A DNA stretch of 64,000 bases, taken from positions 106,508 to 170,507 of the forward strand of contig MGIT01000001.1 of assembly GCA_001793895.1 (NCBI GenBank), written 5' to 3'. Of this stretch, positions 8,300 through 17,373 are shown in pieces. A program made the position numbers and the translations under genes. Every line of letters starts with the position of its first letter. The first letter of the stretch is position 1. The notes under the pieces are model-generated. The model saw only the letters and a list, made by a program, of their open reading frames with translations. It searched no databases and was not told the DNA's origin. The stretch is from Candidatus Wolfebacteria bacterium RIFOXYB1_FULL_54_12 (GTDB taxonomy: Bacteria > Patescibacteriota > Minisyncoccia > UBA6257 > UBA9933).

Positions 8300-10006
8300 T
8301 TAAGGGCAAATTTTGGGGGCAATATCCCGGGCAACGCCGGTAGTGCCAAGCAGCTCACCTACTTCGTTGTAAGTCGGCGTCTTGATCGTCTCTACCAAAA
8401 TAACATTACCTTTCGAGTCCGGCATGCCCTCTTCGATTCGTTTCTGCATGCGACCCTGCATAACGATCTTATCGTCAGCCATATATTTATCGGCGTACTC
8501 TTCGGGCCAGACATCGTGATCAGTCTTGCCAATGATATCCTCACGCCGTTTCCCTGCACGCGAAAGAAATGCTTCGTTGACCTCAAGATACTCGCCTGCC
8601 GCATTTTTCATCCACACCAAATCGGGAATGTTATCCAAACAAACGCGTTGCTGTAGCTGATACAGCTTCATCTTTTCCTCGGCGATAACCTGCTTGCTTA
8701 GATTCCACCCGGTACCGATGATCCCGATGTCGTTGCCCTTCGCGTCGCGCAACGGAGCAGCCGACCAGCGATACGGGATCGTTGTGCCGTCTTTTTTGAC
8801 AAGATGCGACCGAACCTCGGTATATCCTTTCACGTACGCATCATTGACCATGCCGATCACCAACGGTCGGTCGCGATCCGGAAGCAATTCAAATATCAAT
8901 TTATGGGAAAGTTCCTCCGCTGAATATCCGCTGGCGGTCTCTGCCATTCGATTCCACTTGACGATATTGCGCTCGGTATCCAATACATATACGACGTCAG
9001 GAATCGCATCCATAAGATTGCTTAGCTCGTTCAAGGATCTGCTAAGATTTTTTTCACTTTCCTGCAGATTGCGGTATGCCAATAGGCTCGTCAACCCGTC
9101 GGCCAATCGCCGGCTGATTTCCTGGAAAAGTTCCTGTTCGTCGGCCGTCCATACCCGTGGATGGGAGCACTGGTGCATGCCAAATATCCAAGGCTTGTCC
9201 AATTTTGGATGGACGGCGATAAGCATTTGAGATTGAACACCAAAGCGCCCTGTGGTAGATTTGTCTACCGGGTTTTCCGTACCGACGGTGTAGATCACCG
9301 GCTTCTGAGACGCCAAAACTTCACGCATGGCTTGGACCATGTCCGGACTATCCATCGGCACATCAATATTCAAGGCCTTGGCACCTGCATATTCCGGCTT
9401 GGTAACTTCCATGGGTATGCGATACGAGGGCGCTTCAGGATCGCACGGATAAAGAAGCCACGCTCGATCACAATCAAAAATAGAAAGTACCTTGCTGAGA
9501 ACATTGGTCAATATCTGCTCAGGATCAGTAGCCCCCTGCATTGATTGATTGATCTGATCCATGCTCTCAAAAAAGAGGCGCTTGGTCCGATCCTTTTCCT
9601 CTACATTTTTACGATCGGTAATATTGTCGAATGCGGCGGTAAAAAATCCCCGCTCGGCGCTATATACGGAAACGACGAACCACAGCTTGAACGGACTCAG
9701 ATAGATCTCTATTTTTTCCGGATTGCCGGTATCGGAGACCCGGGCATATGTTTCAAATAACTCGGGGTTGGTATTCCGTATATTAGGAACGAGCTCCGTA
9801 GCCCGCCTGCCGACAACCTGTTGTAGGCCGGTTAGCCATTCAAAAGAAGGGTTGACTTCAAGATACACAAAATCGACAGGCTTGCCCGCCTCGTCAAAAA
9901 TTATTTCACAATGGGCAAACCCGGAAAGCATGCTGTTAAACAACATTTGGTAATGTTCTATACCATGCTTCTTCATGTGATTTTTTACCTTCTCCGAGTA
10001 TTCCAT
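8300..10006 (-). CDS. PAS-GAF-PAS-PAS sensor protein with no recognizable output domain
   Basis: 568 aa. PAS-like segments include DAIPDVVYVLDTERNIVKWNRMAETASGYSAEEL and NIPDLVWMKNAAGEYLEVNEAFLSRAG. A GAF-like core lies between them. No HisKA, HATPase or GGDEF/EAL domain is present. Confidence 0.6.
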   Translation of the reverse strand: MEYSEKVKNHMKKHGIEHYQMLFNSMLSGFAHCEIIFDEAGKPVDFVYLEVNPSFEWLTGLQQVVGRRATELVPNIRNTNPELFETYARVSDTGNPEKIEIYLSPFKLWFVVSVYSAERGFFTAAFDNITDRKNVEEKDRTKRLFFESMDQINQSMQGATDPEQILTNVLSKVLSIFDCDRAWLLYPCDPEAPSYRIPMEVTKPEYAGAKALNIDVPMDSPDMVQAMREVLASQKPVIYTVGTENPVDKSTTGRFGVQSQMLIAVHPKLDKPWIFGMHQCSHPRVWTADEQELFQEISRRLADGLTSLLAYRNLQESEKNLSRSLNELSNLMDAIPDVVYVLDTERNIVKWNRMAETASGYSAEELSHKLIFELLPDRDRPLVIGMVNDAYVKGYTEVRSHLVKKDGTTIPYRWSAAPLRDAKGNDIGIIGTGWNLSKQVIAEEKMKLYQLQQRVCLDNIPDLVWMKNAAGEYLEVNEAFLSRAGKRREDIIGKTDHDVWPEEYADKYMADDKIVMQGRMQKRIEEGMPDSKGNVILVETIKTPTYNEVGELLGTTGVARDIAPKICP

Positions 10007-10065
10007 GATACATTCAGTATACTAAAGCAAATACCATGGGGCAAGGTCCCTGTGTGGCGGAAGCG

Positions 10066-10677
10066 TCAGAACCCCCGGTCAAATGTTGTCATTTGCTCAT
10101 TGAATGTGTCATTCAATTCATTGACCATGATCGATTCATCGTTGATCTTTTTTACCAACGCAGATACATCCGCACCAACCGCTTCCGGATCGCCGGTGAT
10201 CTTGCCTTTGATGATTACCAGCAGCTGGTTCAGATAGTCGTTATAGGTAAGCAAATGCCCTATGAGGGTGACTTCCGTACTGACCGCGCCCAAGGCCGTT
10301 TCTGCCGAAGTCTTTGGTTCAATAGAAGAAACACCGAGTGTCATGGTCTGCAGATGTCCGGACAATGCGATGGCCTTATCGCGGATCTGTCGATTGCGTT
10401 CAAGTTCCTGCTTTACCAATTCGAGCGCTTCGGCGTATTTTTTATCATTGTTCAATGCGGAAATATCGCCGATATGCTTCGCGGAATCTTTGGACATGCC
10501 AACAATGTCATGCGCAATAAGCGAAGCCTCCTGTCGCGCCTGCATGAAATCATCGGGAACCGTCTTTGTTTGGGCAAGCAAAAAGCGCCCCACAAAATAG
10601 GCAAAAAATACCATGATCAAAAGGATCACAAACAAACGGATCTTTCGGGGAACTCTAAAATACAATTCACTCATCAT
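10066..10677 (-). CDS. hypothetical protein with an N-terminal membrane anchor
   Basis: 203 aa with an N-terminal TM (LFVILLIMVFFAYFVGRFLL) and a helical soluble domain. The overlapping plus ORF 10036..10680 is less protein-like. Confidence 0.4.
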   Translation of the reverse strand: MMSELYFRVPRKIRLFVILLIMVFFAYFVGRFLLAQTKTVPDDFMQARQEASLIAHDIVGMSKDSAKHIGDISALNNDKKYAEALELVKQELERNRQIRDKAIALSGHLQTMTLGVSSIEPKTSAETALGAVSTEVTLIGHLLTYNDYLNQLLVIIKGKITGDPEAVGADVSALVKKINDESIMVNELNDTFNEQMTTFDRGF

Positions 10678-10760
10678 TAGGGATATTTAATAGCATTCCA
10701 GACCAAAAAGCAACAACGATCAAAGCAACAAGAAGTGCCAAAACCAAGCTTGTCAAGTCA

Positions 10761-12167
10761 TTGCAAAACCGCCCCCCCTTGCCATACAATGGAAGTATTA
10801 TTGCCATGTCCAAAGGAACCACCAAAGGAAATCTTGACCCAAAACTGCCGCCACAGGACATTGACGCCGAAAAGTCGGTCCTCGGTGCGTTGATGCTCGA
10901 CAAAAATGCCGTATTAAAGGTTCTCGATTTTCTCGAAGACCGGGATTTTTATATCCCCGCGCATCAAAAGATCTATCAGGCGATCATTGAGCTATTCGAA
11001 AAAAACCAGCCCATCGATGTACTGACCGTTACGACGAAGCTAAAAGATAGAAATCAAATAGATACCGTCGGCGGCTCGACCTACCTTACCGAGCTCATCA
11101 ACTCGGTTCCTTCATCCGCTCACGTGGACCACTACGGGGGCATCGTAAAGCAAAAAAAGGTATTGCGTGAATTGTTGACCACGGCCGCACGCATCAGCGA
11201 AGATGTGTTCCAAAATCAGGAAAATCCCGATGAGATGCTCGATATGATCGAGCAAAAGATCTTCGCGATCAACCAAAAGTCAAAGACATACGCATTTACG
11301 CCGATTTCCGACCACCTCAAGGCCGCGTACGAACGCATGGAAAAGAACTTAGGCATGCAAGGCCTTTCGGGCACCAGCTCGGGCTTCAAGGGGCTTGATA
11401 CGCTGCTTTCAGGGTTTCAAAAATCAGACATGATCATTCTCGGCGCGCGCCCGTCCATGGGTAAAACCGCGGTAACGCTCGACATGGTGCGCGGCGCGGC
11501 AAAGGCCGGCGCTTCGATCGCAGTGTTCTCGCTCGAAATGTCCAAAGAACAGATAATCGACCGTCTTATCGCCACCGAATCGGGCGTTCCATTGTGGAAC
11601 CTGCGCTCGGGCCGCATCACCGACGAAATGGACTTCCAAATGATCCAGGCCGCGCTCGACCGCCTATCACGCATGAAGATCTATGTCGATGACACGCCGT
11701 CCCCGACCGTACTGCAGATCCGCTCCATGGCGCGCAAACTCAAAATGGAACACGAACTCGACCTGATCGTCATCGACTATGTCCAGCTCATCCAACCGAG
11801 CCGCCACAGCGAAAACAGCGTTCAACAATTTACCGAGATCAGCCATGGCATCAAAGGCTTGGCGCGTGAATTAAATGTTCCTGTGCTTGCCTTGTCACAG
11901 TTGAGCCGTGGCGTAGAAAGCCGCGACGATAAAACACCGCGTCTTTCCGACCTGCGGGAAACCGGCTCATGGGAACAGGACGCCGACATCGTCATGTTCA
12001 TCCACCGTTTCAACCGCGATGCAAAGGACCTTATGTCAGCCGAAGAGAAAAACAAGTCGGCCCTGATCGTCACCAAACACCGCAACGGCCCACTTGGCGA
12101 TGTTCCGCTTTTGTGGAACCCGGAAAAGGTTTCCTTCACCGAAGTGGATACCGTGCATACGATTTAA
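10761..12167 (+). CDS. dnaB: replicative DNA helicase DnaB
   Basis: N-terminal DnaB domain (DIDAEKSVLGALML), Walker A (GARPSMGKT), and a RecA-like core (VIDYVQLI, SQLSRGVESR). Confidence 0.9.
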   Translation: MQNRPPLPYNGSIIAMSKGTTKGNLDPKLPPQDIDAEKSVLGALMLDKNAVLKVLDFLEDRDFYIPAHQKIYQAIIELFEKNQPIDVLTVTTKLKDRNQIDTVGGSTYLTELINSVPSSAHVDHYGGIVKQKKVLRELLTTAARISEDVFQNQENPDEMLDMIEQKIFAINQKSKTYAFTPISDHLKAAYERMEKNLGMQGLSGTSSGFKGLDTLLSGFQKSDMIILGARPSMGKTAVTLDMVRGAAKAGASIAVFSLEMSKEQIIDRLIATESGVPLWNLRSGRITDEMDFQMIQAALDRLSRMKIYVDDTPSPTVLQIRSMARKLKMEHELDLIVIDYVQLIQPSRHSENSVQQFTEISHGIKGLARELNVPVLALSQLSRGVESRDDKTPRLSDLRETGSWEQDADIVMFIHRFNRDAKDLMSAEEKNKSALIVTKHRNGPLGDVPLLWNPEKVSFTEVDTVHTI

Positions 12168-12175
12168 CATTGGCA

Positions 12176-12226
12176 GTAGGTATACAGCAGCTCGTATACC
12201 GTATAATACGGCAGCTTATTTCTATT
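12176..12226. promoter_or_regulatory. cluster of short palindromes (GGTATAC-N8-GTATACC; CCGTATAATACGG) upstream of recR
   Basis: aggtatacagcagctcgtataccgtataatacgg. It contains a TATAAT-like box. Confidence 0.2.
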
Positions 12227-12271
12227 CCTTCTTATACCGAATACTGTATACCTAATACCCGCTACTCCCCC

Positions 12272-12871
12272 ATGCTTCCCAACCAGATCCGCAACTTCAT
12301 CGACGTATTTTCAAAGCTCCCCGGCATCGGCCCGCGCCAAGCGACGCGGCTCGCTTTTTTTATGATTGGCGGAGGCAAAAGCAAAATAAATGAAACCGCG
12401 CGTGCCATCGTCGATCTCGCATCTATCAAGGTCTGCACGAACTGCTTCTTTATCCACTCCAACCAAGAAGCCTTGTGCGACATTTGCCAAAATCCCGACA
12501 GGACCAAAGAAACGATCATGATCGTTGAAAAAGAAACAGACCTTATATCCATCGAACGCACGCGTAAGTTCAAGGGCAGATATCTTATCATCGGTGAGCT
12601 CACCAAAGGCGGCATCCTCGACGCCGTGCAACGATTGCGCCTGAACCACCTAAAAGACGTCATAAAGAACCAGCTCGACGGCCAAGCCGACGAAGTAATC
12701 ATAGCCACCAACCCCACAACCTACGGCGATATGAATGCCATGGTCATCAAAAACGAACTCGAAGGATACGCGAAAAAGTTTACCCGTCTCGGCCGGGGCA
12801 TCCCGACCGGCGGCGAAATAGAATTCGCCGACGAAGATACGCTTGAGCAGGCACTCGAACGACGCATATAA
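12272..12871 (+). CDS. recR: recombination protein RecR
   Basis: MLPNQIRNFIDVFSKLPGIGPRQATRLAFF (HhH), a C4 zinc finger (CTNC...CDIC), and a Toprim domain. The listed ORF 11969..12871 has a spurious N-terminal extension. Confidence 0.9.
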   Translation: MLPNQIRNFIDVFSKLPGIGPRQATRLAFFMIGGGKSKINETARAIVDLASIKVCTNCFFIHSNQEALCDICQNPDRTKETIMIVEKETDLISIERTRKFKGRYLIIGELTKGGILDAVQRLRLNHLKDVIKNQLDGQADEVIIATNPTTYGDMNAMVIKNELEGYAKKFTRLGRGIPTGGEIEFADEDTLEQALERRI

Positions 12872-12898
12872 TGCACTAATCATATTTGTAACACAAAA

Positions 12899-12927
12899 AA
12901 AGAGGCGGATCGCTCCGCCTCTTCAAC
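12899..12927 (-). terminator. rho-independent terminator (bidirectional shape)
   Basis: gaggcgg-atcgct-ccgcctc, with an A-run on one side and a T-run on the other. Confidence 0.5.
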
Positions 12928-12949
12928 ATAGGTAAACATGCTATACCCG

Positions 12950-13291
12950 CTAATGCCGGGCTTTTTCTAGCTCTCGCAGAAAATCTTCGGCCCGCCACTT
13001 GGGAAAATTAGGAATTGCCGAGAATTTATACTTGACCATGCCTTCAATAACAACATTTTTCGGAAGGCCTAACCTCTCGACGGCTTCAGATATTTCCTTG
13101 ATAATCCTTTTCACTAACGCAATAAAGCATATAGTGAACACTATCTCGTACACCGCAAAGATAGACCAAAAGCCTTCTGCAAAAGACACTTTAAAGAAGT
13201 AATGGATGAGCCAACCGAGAATTGTTGAAATGCCGCACGCCTTAATACTATCCGCAAATACCATCATCAAAAGCCGCCAGTACAAAATCAT
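12950..13291 (-). CDS. small hypothetical membrane protein
   Basis: 113 aa with three hydrophobic helices. Confidence 0.4.
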   Translation of the reverse strand: MILYWRLLMMVFADSIKACGISTILGWLIHYFFKVSFAEGFWSIFAVYEIVFTICFIALVKRIIKEISEAVERLGLPKNVVIEGMVKYKFSAIPNFPKWRAEDFLRELEKARH

Positions 13292-13472
13292 CGCGCATAC
13301 CTCCGTAAATAAATTAAAGTTGATAAAGTTTCTGAATATAGCATATGTTATATACTATATTTTGTCAATACCTTGTAATGGTTCAATGCCTTTGCAACAC
13401 CCTATAAACATACGAAGCAGCAAATTCGCTTCATCACAGGCTAAGCGTCCGAGGTTCTGCGCGAAAAGAATA

Positions 13473-13503
13473 AAAAACACGACGCCCGCGCGTCGTGTTT
13501 TTT
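13473..13503 (-). terminator. rho-independent terminator (bidirectional shape)
   Basis: aaaaaacacgacgc-ccg-gcgtcgtgtttttt. Confidence 0.6.
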
Positions 13504-13515
13504 AAACAACTATTT

Positions 13516-13947
13516 TTATTGGGTAATGGCCGCTTGCGCCTTCATACCCCTGCCCTGTCCGCGTCCATGCATGCCCTGGCCCACGCCTCCCTGCTCGCCC
13601 AAGCCAAGCTCCTGGCGAATGGCATCTGCCTGCCCCATCAGTTTATGCATTTCGACGAATCGCCCGAAGTTGGCCTCGGTAATGCCACTTGTCATGTCGG
13701 CTCCGCGTCCGTTGCCCGGGAGTAAACTCATGGCTTCTTTCCAAGCCGTATAGTCACCAGCCTGAATGGCCGCTTCCACCGCAGTACGATGGGCTTCCAT
13801 AGCCTCACGCTGTGCCGCAACCGCCGCAGTTGGCGCAACATTGCCACCCATCATTCCTCCGCGAGCATAGGTCGTGTTTGCCGCAATCCCTGCGACGCCT
13901 GCGACAATGGCCAACCCGGCTACCCCTACTGCAATTTTTTTGTTCAT
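13516..13947 (-). CDS. secreted hypothetical protein with a Gly/Met/His-rich C-terminus (possible periplasmic metal-binding or chaperone-like protein)
   Basis: 143 aa with a signal peptide (MNKKIAVGVAGLAIVAGVAGIAA), a GGMMGG motif, and a C-terminal MHGRGQGRGM. Confidence 0.45.
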   Translation of the reverse strand: MNKKIAVGVAGLAIVAGVAGIAANTTYARGGMMGGNVAPTAAVAAQREAMEAHRTAVEAAIQAGDYTAWKEAMSLLPGNGRGADMTSGITEANFGRFVEMHKLMGQADAIRQELGLGEQGGVGQGMHGRGQGRGMKAQAAITQ

Positions 13948-14037
13948 AATGATATGCGTTAGATTATTTCAGGCAAAGCTACGGAGCAAAACAATGTGCA
14001 CGATCGAAAAGCAATGCAGCAAAGCCTTCATTGATTA

Positions 14038-14811
14038 CTACGAACGCAACGGCATTTTTCTTTCACGCATAAGCATCCCCCTGCCGTCAAATCGTTCGGG
14101 GATCATCATCGCGCCCTGTTTCGTCCAAGGGAACAGCTCGGTCGCGTGGAATACGCCCGGGGCAACCACGGAACCAAAAACTCGGATCCGTTCACCCGGC
14201 ACAGCCTCGATCGTTCCGCGCGAGACAACGGCATCAGTCTCGACGATCCATCTCATTCCCGTAAAATCTTCTATCGTCAGCGTAGTGGTCGCAGAGCCGG
14301 AAACAATCCTGCCGGCAATCACGCCTTCCTGCGGATGCATCCATAAGTGCATCTTGCGTGCATCCAATCCGCGATACTGCGGGACCACTTCGGCAAATCG
14401 TCGATCCACCAGCCGTCCAGCCCCGGCAGCATGCAACAATCCGCCAAGCACAATGCTAGCCAAAAAACTTGCGCCCACAATGGTCGCCATTCGATAGCGA
14501 TACCCGGCTTTGGTATGCCGCGCCTCGACATATGCCAAGGCACCGAACGCGATCATGACCAGCACCCAAACATACGGCAAGTAGGTAAACAGGAACGGGC
14601 CCGGATGCATGCGCATCATGCGCCCCATGCCTGTTTCAACCGCATCGGACAATGAAAACAAAATGACTGAAACGGATATGCCTCCGACAAGTACCGAAAG
14701 CAAAAAGGCACCGATCAGCCCCGCCTGTTGCGCAAAAAATATCCACCGGGGCAAAGGCTGTATGTTTTTCCGTTCTATGGTTTGTAAAATATTTTTGGAA
14801 AAATCTTTCAT
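14038..14811 (-). CDS. membrane protein immediately downstream of the ECF sigma factor; putative anti-sigma factor
   Basis: Internal start MKDFSKNILQ, TM helices, and co-directional adjacency to the sigma gene. The listed ORF start at 14949 overlaps the sigma gene and is likely spurious. Confidence 0.4.
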   Translation of the reverse strand: MKDFSKNILQTIERKNIQPLPRWIFFAQQAGLIGAFLLSVLVGGISVSVILFSLSDAVETGMGRMMRMHPGPFLFTYLPYVWVLVMIAFGALAYVEARHTKAGYRYRMATIVGASFLASIVLGGLLHAAGAGRLVDRRFAEVVPQYRGLDARKMHLWMHPQEGVIAGRIVSGSATTTLTIEDFTGMRWIVETDAVVSRGTIEAVPGERIRVFGSVVAPGVFHATELFPWTKQGAMMIPERFDGRGMLMRERKMPLRS

Positions 14812-14815
14812 AGTA

Positions 14816-15439
14816 TTAGCGGATTGTTGATAACGGACCGTCTTCGACCTTGCCCTTGAATTGCTTCTTCGCCCGATTGATAAGCGTGGCAATAGTGCCC
14901 ATCGGTTTCTGCAAAATGTCCGATATTTCGCGATAATCCTTGTCTTCAAGATATTTCAGAACAAGCACTTCACGATATTTCGGATCCATGGCATCAAGCA
15001 CAGCTCGAATGCGCATTGCGGTCATAGCACGATCCGCATCCCGTGCTACATCGACCTCGGACGCAAGCAATTCAAACACATCGTCATTCTCTTCGACCGA
15101 AACGGTCTGCGGTCGGGCGCGCCGCTTGCGGTGCTGGGATATGGTTTCGTTATGCACGATCCGGTATAGCCACGAAGAAAACTTGAGCGATGGATCAAAC
15201 CCATTCAAATTGCGATACGCGCTAATGAACGCATTTTGTAATATATCGGCAATGTCGTCATCCGAATAGCCAGAAATACGCCACACATAGCGGGCAAGTG
15301 GAGCTTCATAGCGACGGATCAAACACGCATATAGTTCACGATCCTTGAGCGTCAATGTGACCAGCTCCTCATCGGTTTTTTCGGCGCACTGCCCGTGGTC
15401 GGTCATATAGTTACAGTATACTACGCTTTTCAGCAACAT
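14816..15439 (-). CDS. ECF-type RNA polymerase sigma-70 family factor
   Basis: Region 2 (NAFISAYRNLNGFDPSLKFSSWLYRIVHNETISQHRKRR) and region 4 (REVLVLKYLEDKDYREISDILQKPMGTIATLINRAKKQ). Confidence 0.85.
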   Translation of the reverse strand: MLLKSVVYCNYMTDHGQCAEKTDEELVTLTLKDRELYACLIRRYEAPLARYVWRISGYSDDDIADILQNAFISAYRNLNGFDPSLKFSSWLYRIVHNETISQHRKRRARPQTVSVEENDDVFELLASEVDVARDADRAMTAMRIRAVLDAMDPKYREVLVLKYLEDKDYREISDILQKPMGTIATLINRAKKQFKGKVEDGPLSTIR

Positions 15440-15470
15440 TTTCTTTCAGAGCTGTGCCATCCCCGCGCTC

Positions 15471-15533
15471 TGTCATTCCCGCGGAGGCGGGAATCTATTT
15501 AATACTGGATTCCCGCCTCCGCAGGGATGATAC
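15471..15533. repeat. TGTCATTCC nested-palindrome element: composite of two A-modules with a 13 bp spacer; the right end is degenerate
   Basis: tgtcattcccgcggaggcgggaatc tatttaatactgg attcccgcctccgcagggatga. Confidence 0.8.
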
Positions 15534-15563
15534 CGTCTCTAATTAATACATTACTCAGCGCAT

Positions 15564-15654
15564 TGTCATTCCGGCCTAAGCCTGTCCGCCAACTGGAGGA
15601 AGCCGGAATCTTGTTGAAAGAACTCGAGATCCCGTGTCGAGGCACGGGATGACA
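15564..15654. repeat. TGTCATTCC nested-palindrome element: composite with an 18 bp spacer ending cgag
   Basis: tgtcattccggcctaagcctgtccgccaactggaggaagccggaatc ttgttgaaagaactcgag atcccgtgtcgaggcacgggatgaca. Confidence 0.8.
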
Positions 15655-15749
15655 TCGGAGAGCGACACAGGAAGCAATCGGAATGAATTTATTAGGGATG
15701 GCATGGCAGCTACAAAAAATCGCCGAATATCATTCGACGATTTTTATCG

Positions 15750-16073
15750 TTAGGAAATTTTACCAATTTCTACTTCGGTATAATCCTGCCTATGCGTCTT
15801 GAACTTTCGATAGCGGTTCTTGTTGTGGTAGCGGAAGACGATCTTTTTGTCGTCCCGATCCTTGCTCAACACGGTCGCTTCGACTTTCGCATTGGCCACA
15901 TACGGAGCTCCGATGGTCGCATCGGCGCCATCTTTCTGCTCGTCGGCGACAAGCAAAACCTTATCAAAAACGAACTGCTCGCCAATGGCGGCCTCCAGTT
16001 TTTCTACTCTTAGCTTTTGTCCGGCGGAAACCTTGTACTGCTTTCCACCCGTTTCGATGACTGCAAATTTCAT
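15750..16073 (-). CDS. rplU: 50S ribosomal protein L21
   Basis: MKFAVIETGGKQYKVSAGQKLRVEKL. Confidence 0.9.
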   Translation of the reverse strand: MKFAVIETGGKQYKVSAGQKLRVEKLEAAIGEQFVFDKVLLVADEQKDGADATIGAPYVANAKVEATVLSKDRDDKKIVFRYHNKNRYRKFKTHRQDYTEVEIGKIS

Positions 16074-16117
16074 ATCACTTAAAGATACCTGAAGACCCTT
16101 AAAATGTCAACAGAATT

Positions 16118-16189
16118 GTCATTCCCGCGAAGGCGGGAATCCACTACGTTCATATAGATCCCTCCGCCAGTCGGCGGACGGGAATGACA
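16118..16189. repeat. TGTCATTCC nested-palindrome element (composite)
   Basis: tgtcattcccgcgaaggcgggaatc cactacgttcatatagatc cctccgccagtcggcggacgggaatgaca. Confidence 0.8.
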
Positions 16190-16321
16190 GAAATAACCTG
16201 CACCCTATCCGAAAAATTGGAAAAATGCCGTCCACGCCAAGTACTTCCGCAAGCTTCGGGACACCCTCCGTTGATGTTCAATGATTTTATTTCTACCAAG
16301 GTCAAATCGGAAACAGCCTAT

Positions 16322-16897
16322 TCATAAGATGAATTTTAAGATGCTGTCACGCACGATCGGAAGTTCATAAATGCCGGCAGCTTCGCTAAAATGCCCCATG
16401 TCATGCATAACCGTAACGAAACCGCCCAAACGATCCTCAAATAACCGCTTGTTTTCATCAAGTGCAACATATGGGTCATTGTCGGAAAGGATAACGCACA
16501 ACGGACGGCATCGCTCACGCACAAAGGCAAGATTAATCGCGGTATCCAACCACGGCCTTGCGATATCCTCCTCTTCGGCGTTTTCCAGACCTTGCAACGA
16601 AAACCAGCCGGCAACAAAAATGACCGGCACAGATACGCCGTCCCCGTACAATTCCAAATAGCGCAAAATAGTCTGACACCCGATACTATGGCCAACTAAA
16701 ATATCCGTAGACCGTAACTCACCGATCTCCGTATGGAGCGCGCCGACCCACTCATCGATTGTTGGACGCATCGTATCGGGCATCGCAGGAATATGCACCG
16801 CAAGGCCATACGGCTCAAGCTGGTCCGCGAGCCATGGAAACCATTCTCGATCCGGAGCTGCGCTCCACCCATGTACGATAAATATGCGCTGTTTCAT
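16322..16897 (-). CDS. alpha/beta hydrolase (YdeN/RBBP9-like serine hydrolase)
   Basis: MKQRIFIVHGW, nucleophile elbow GHSIGC, and a downstream Asp/His. Confidence 0.55.
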   Translation of the reverse strand: MKQRIFIVHGWSAAPDREWFPWLADQLEPYGLAVHIPAMPDTMRPTIDEWVGALHTEIGELRSTDILVGHSIGCQTILRYLELYGDGVSVPVIFVAGWFSLQGLENAEEEDIARPWLDTAINLAFVRERCRPLCVILSDNDPYVALDENKRLFEDRLGGFVTVMHDMGHFSEAAGIYELPIVRDSILKFIL

Positions 16898-16899
16898 GA

Positions 16900-17235
16900 T
16901 TAGAAATATAAATAATACACCACCGATCCGATGGCCAATAATGCAATGCATACCAAAACAGATAGGGCAATGATCACGCGTTCCTTTTTTGCATCTTCAG
17001 GCTTCAATTGCGCCTCTTGGGCAATGTCATTGAACACCTCATCGGCCTTTTTAAGAACATCCTCGCCGGAAACCTGGGCAGGTTTCGCATCGCCCGTCGC
17101 AAGCACCGCCTGCATGATAGCATCCACATCGGCCGGCTCGACGCCCCGATACACGAGCAGTTCACGAACCTGGTCCTGTCCGATGCCCCCCTTCAGCTGG
17201 TCTTTTGCGATTGTGATGAGTTTTTGTTTATCCAT
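16900..17235 (-). CDS. hypothetical protein with a C-terminal TM anchor; it shares an N-terminal domain of about 45 aa with the next gene
   Basis: MDKQKLITIAKDQLKGGIGQDQVRELLVYRG aligns with MIQQALIEVVKNQLGGGVSEAEVREFLRRRG from 17374..19170. Confidence 0.5.
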   Translation of the reverse strand: MDKQKLITIAKDQLKGGIGQDQVRELLVYRGVEPADVDAIMQAVLATGDAKPAQVSGEDVLKKADEVFNDIAQEAQLKPEDAKKERVIIALSVLVCIALLAIGSVVYYLYF

Positions 17236-17286
17236 GGCTAAAATCTATTTTTCTATCGTTTTATTATTATGCAAACTTCGCTTATT

Positions 17287-17356
17287 TGTCATTCCGGCCT
17301 CCGAGCCGGAATCTTACCGTTTAACCGCGAGATCCTGAATCAAGTTCAGGATGACA
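17287..17356. repeat. TGTCATTCC nested-palindrome element (composite, 18 bp spacer)
   Basis: tgtcattccggcctccgagccggaatc ttaccgtttaaccgcgag atcctgaatcaagttcaggatgaca. Confidence 0.85.
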
Positions 17357-17373
17357 GTCGTAGACGCATCATC

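Noticed and set aside
15440-15750. Possible CRISPR array, from clustered near-identical GC-rich palindromes in several intergenic regions.
   Set aside because: The repeats are palindromic modules with irregular spacing. They share flanks in inverted orientation and have no regularly sized unique spacers. No cas genes are present.
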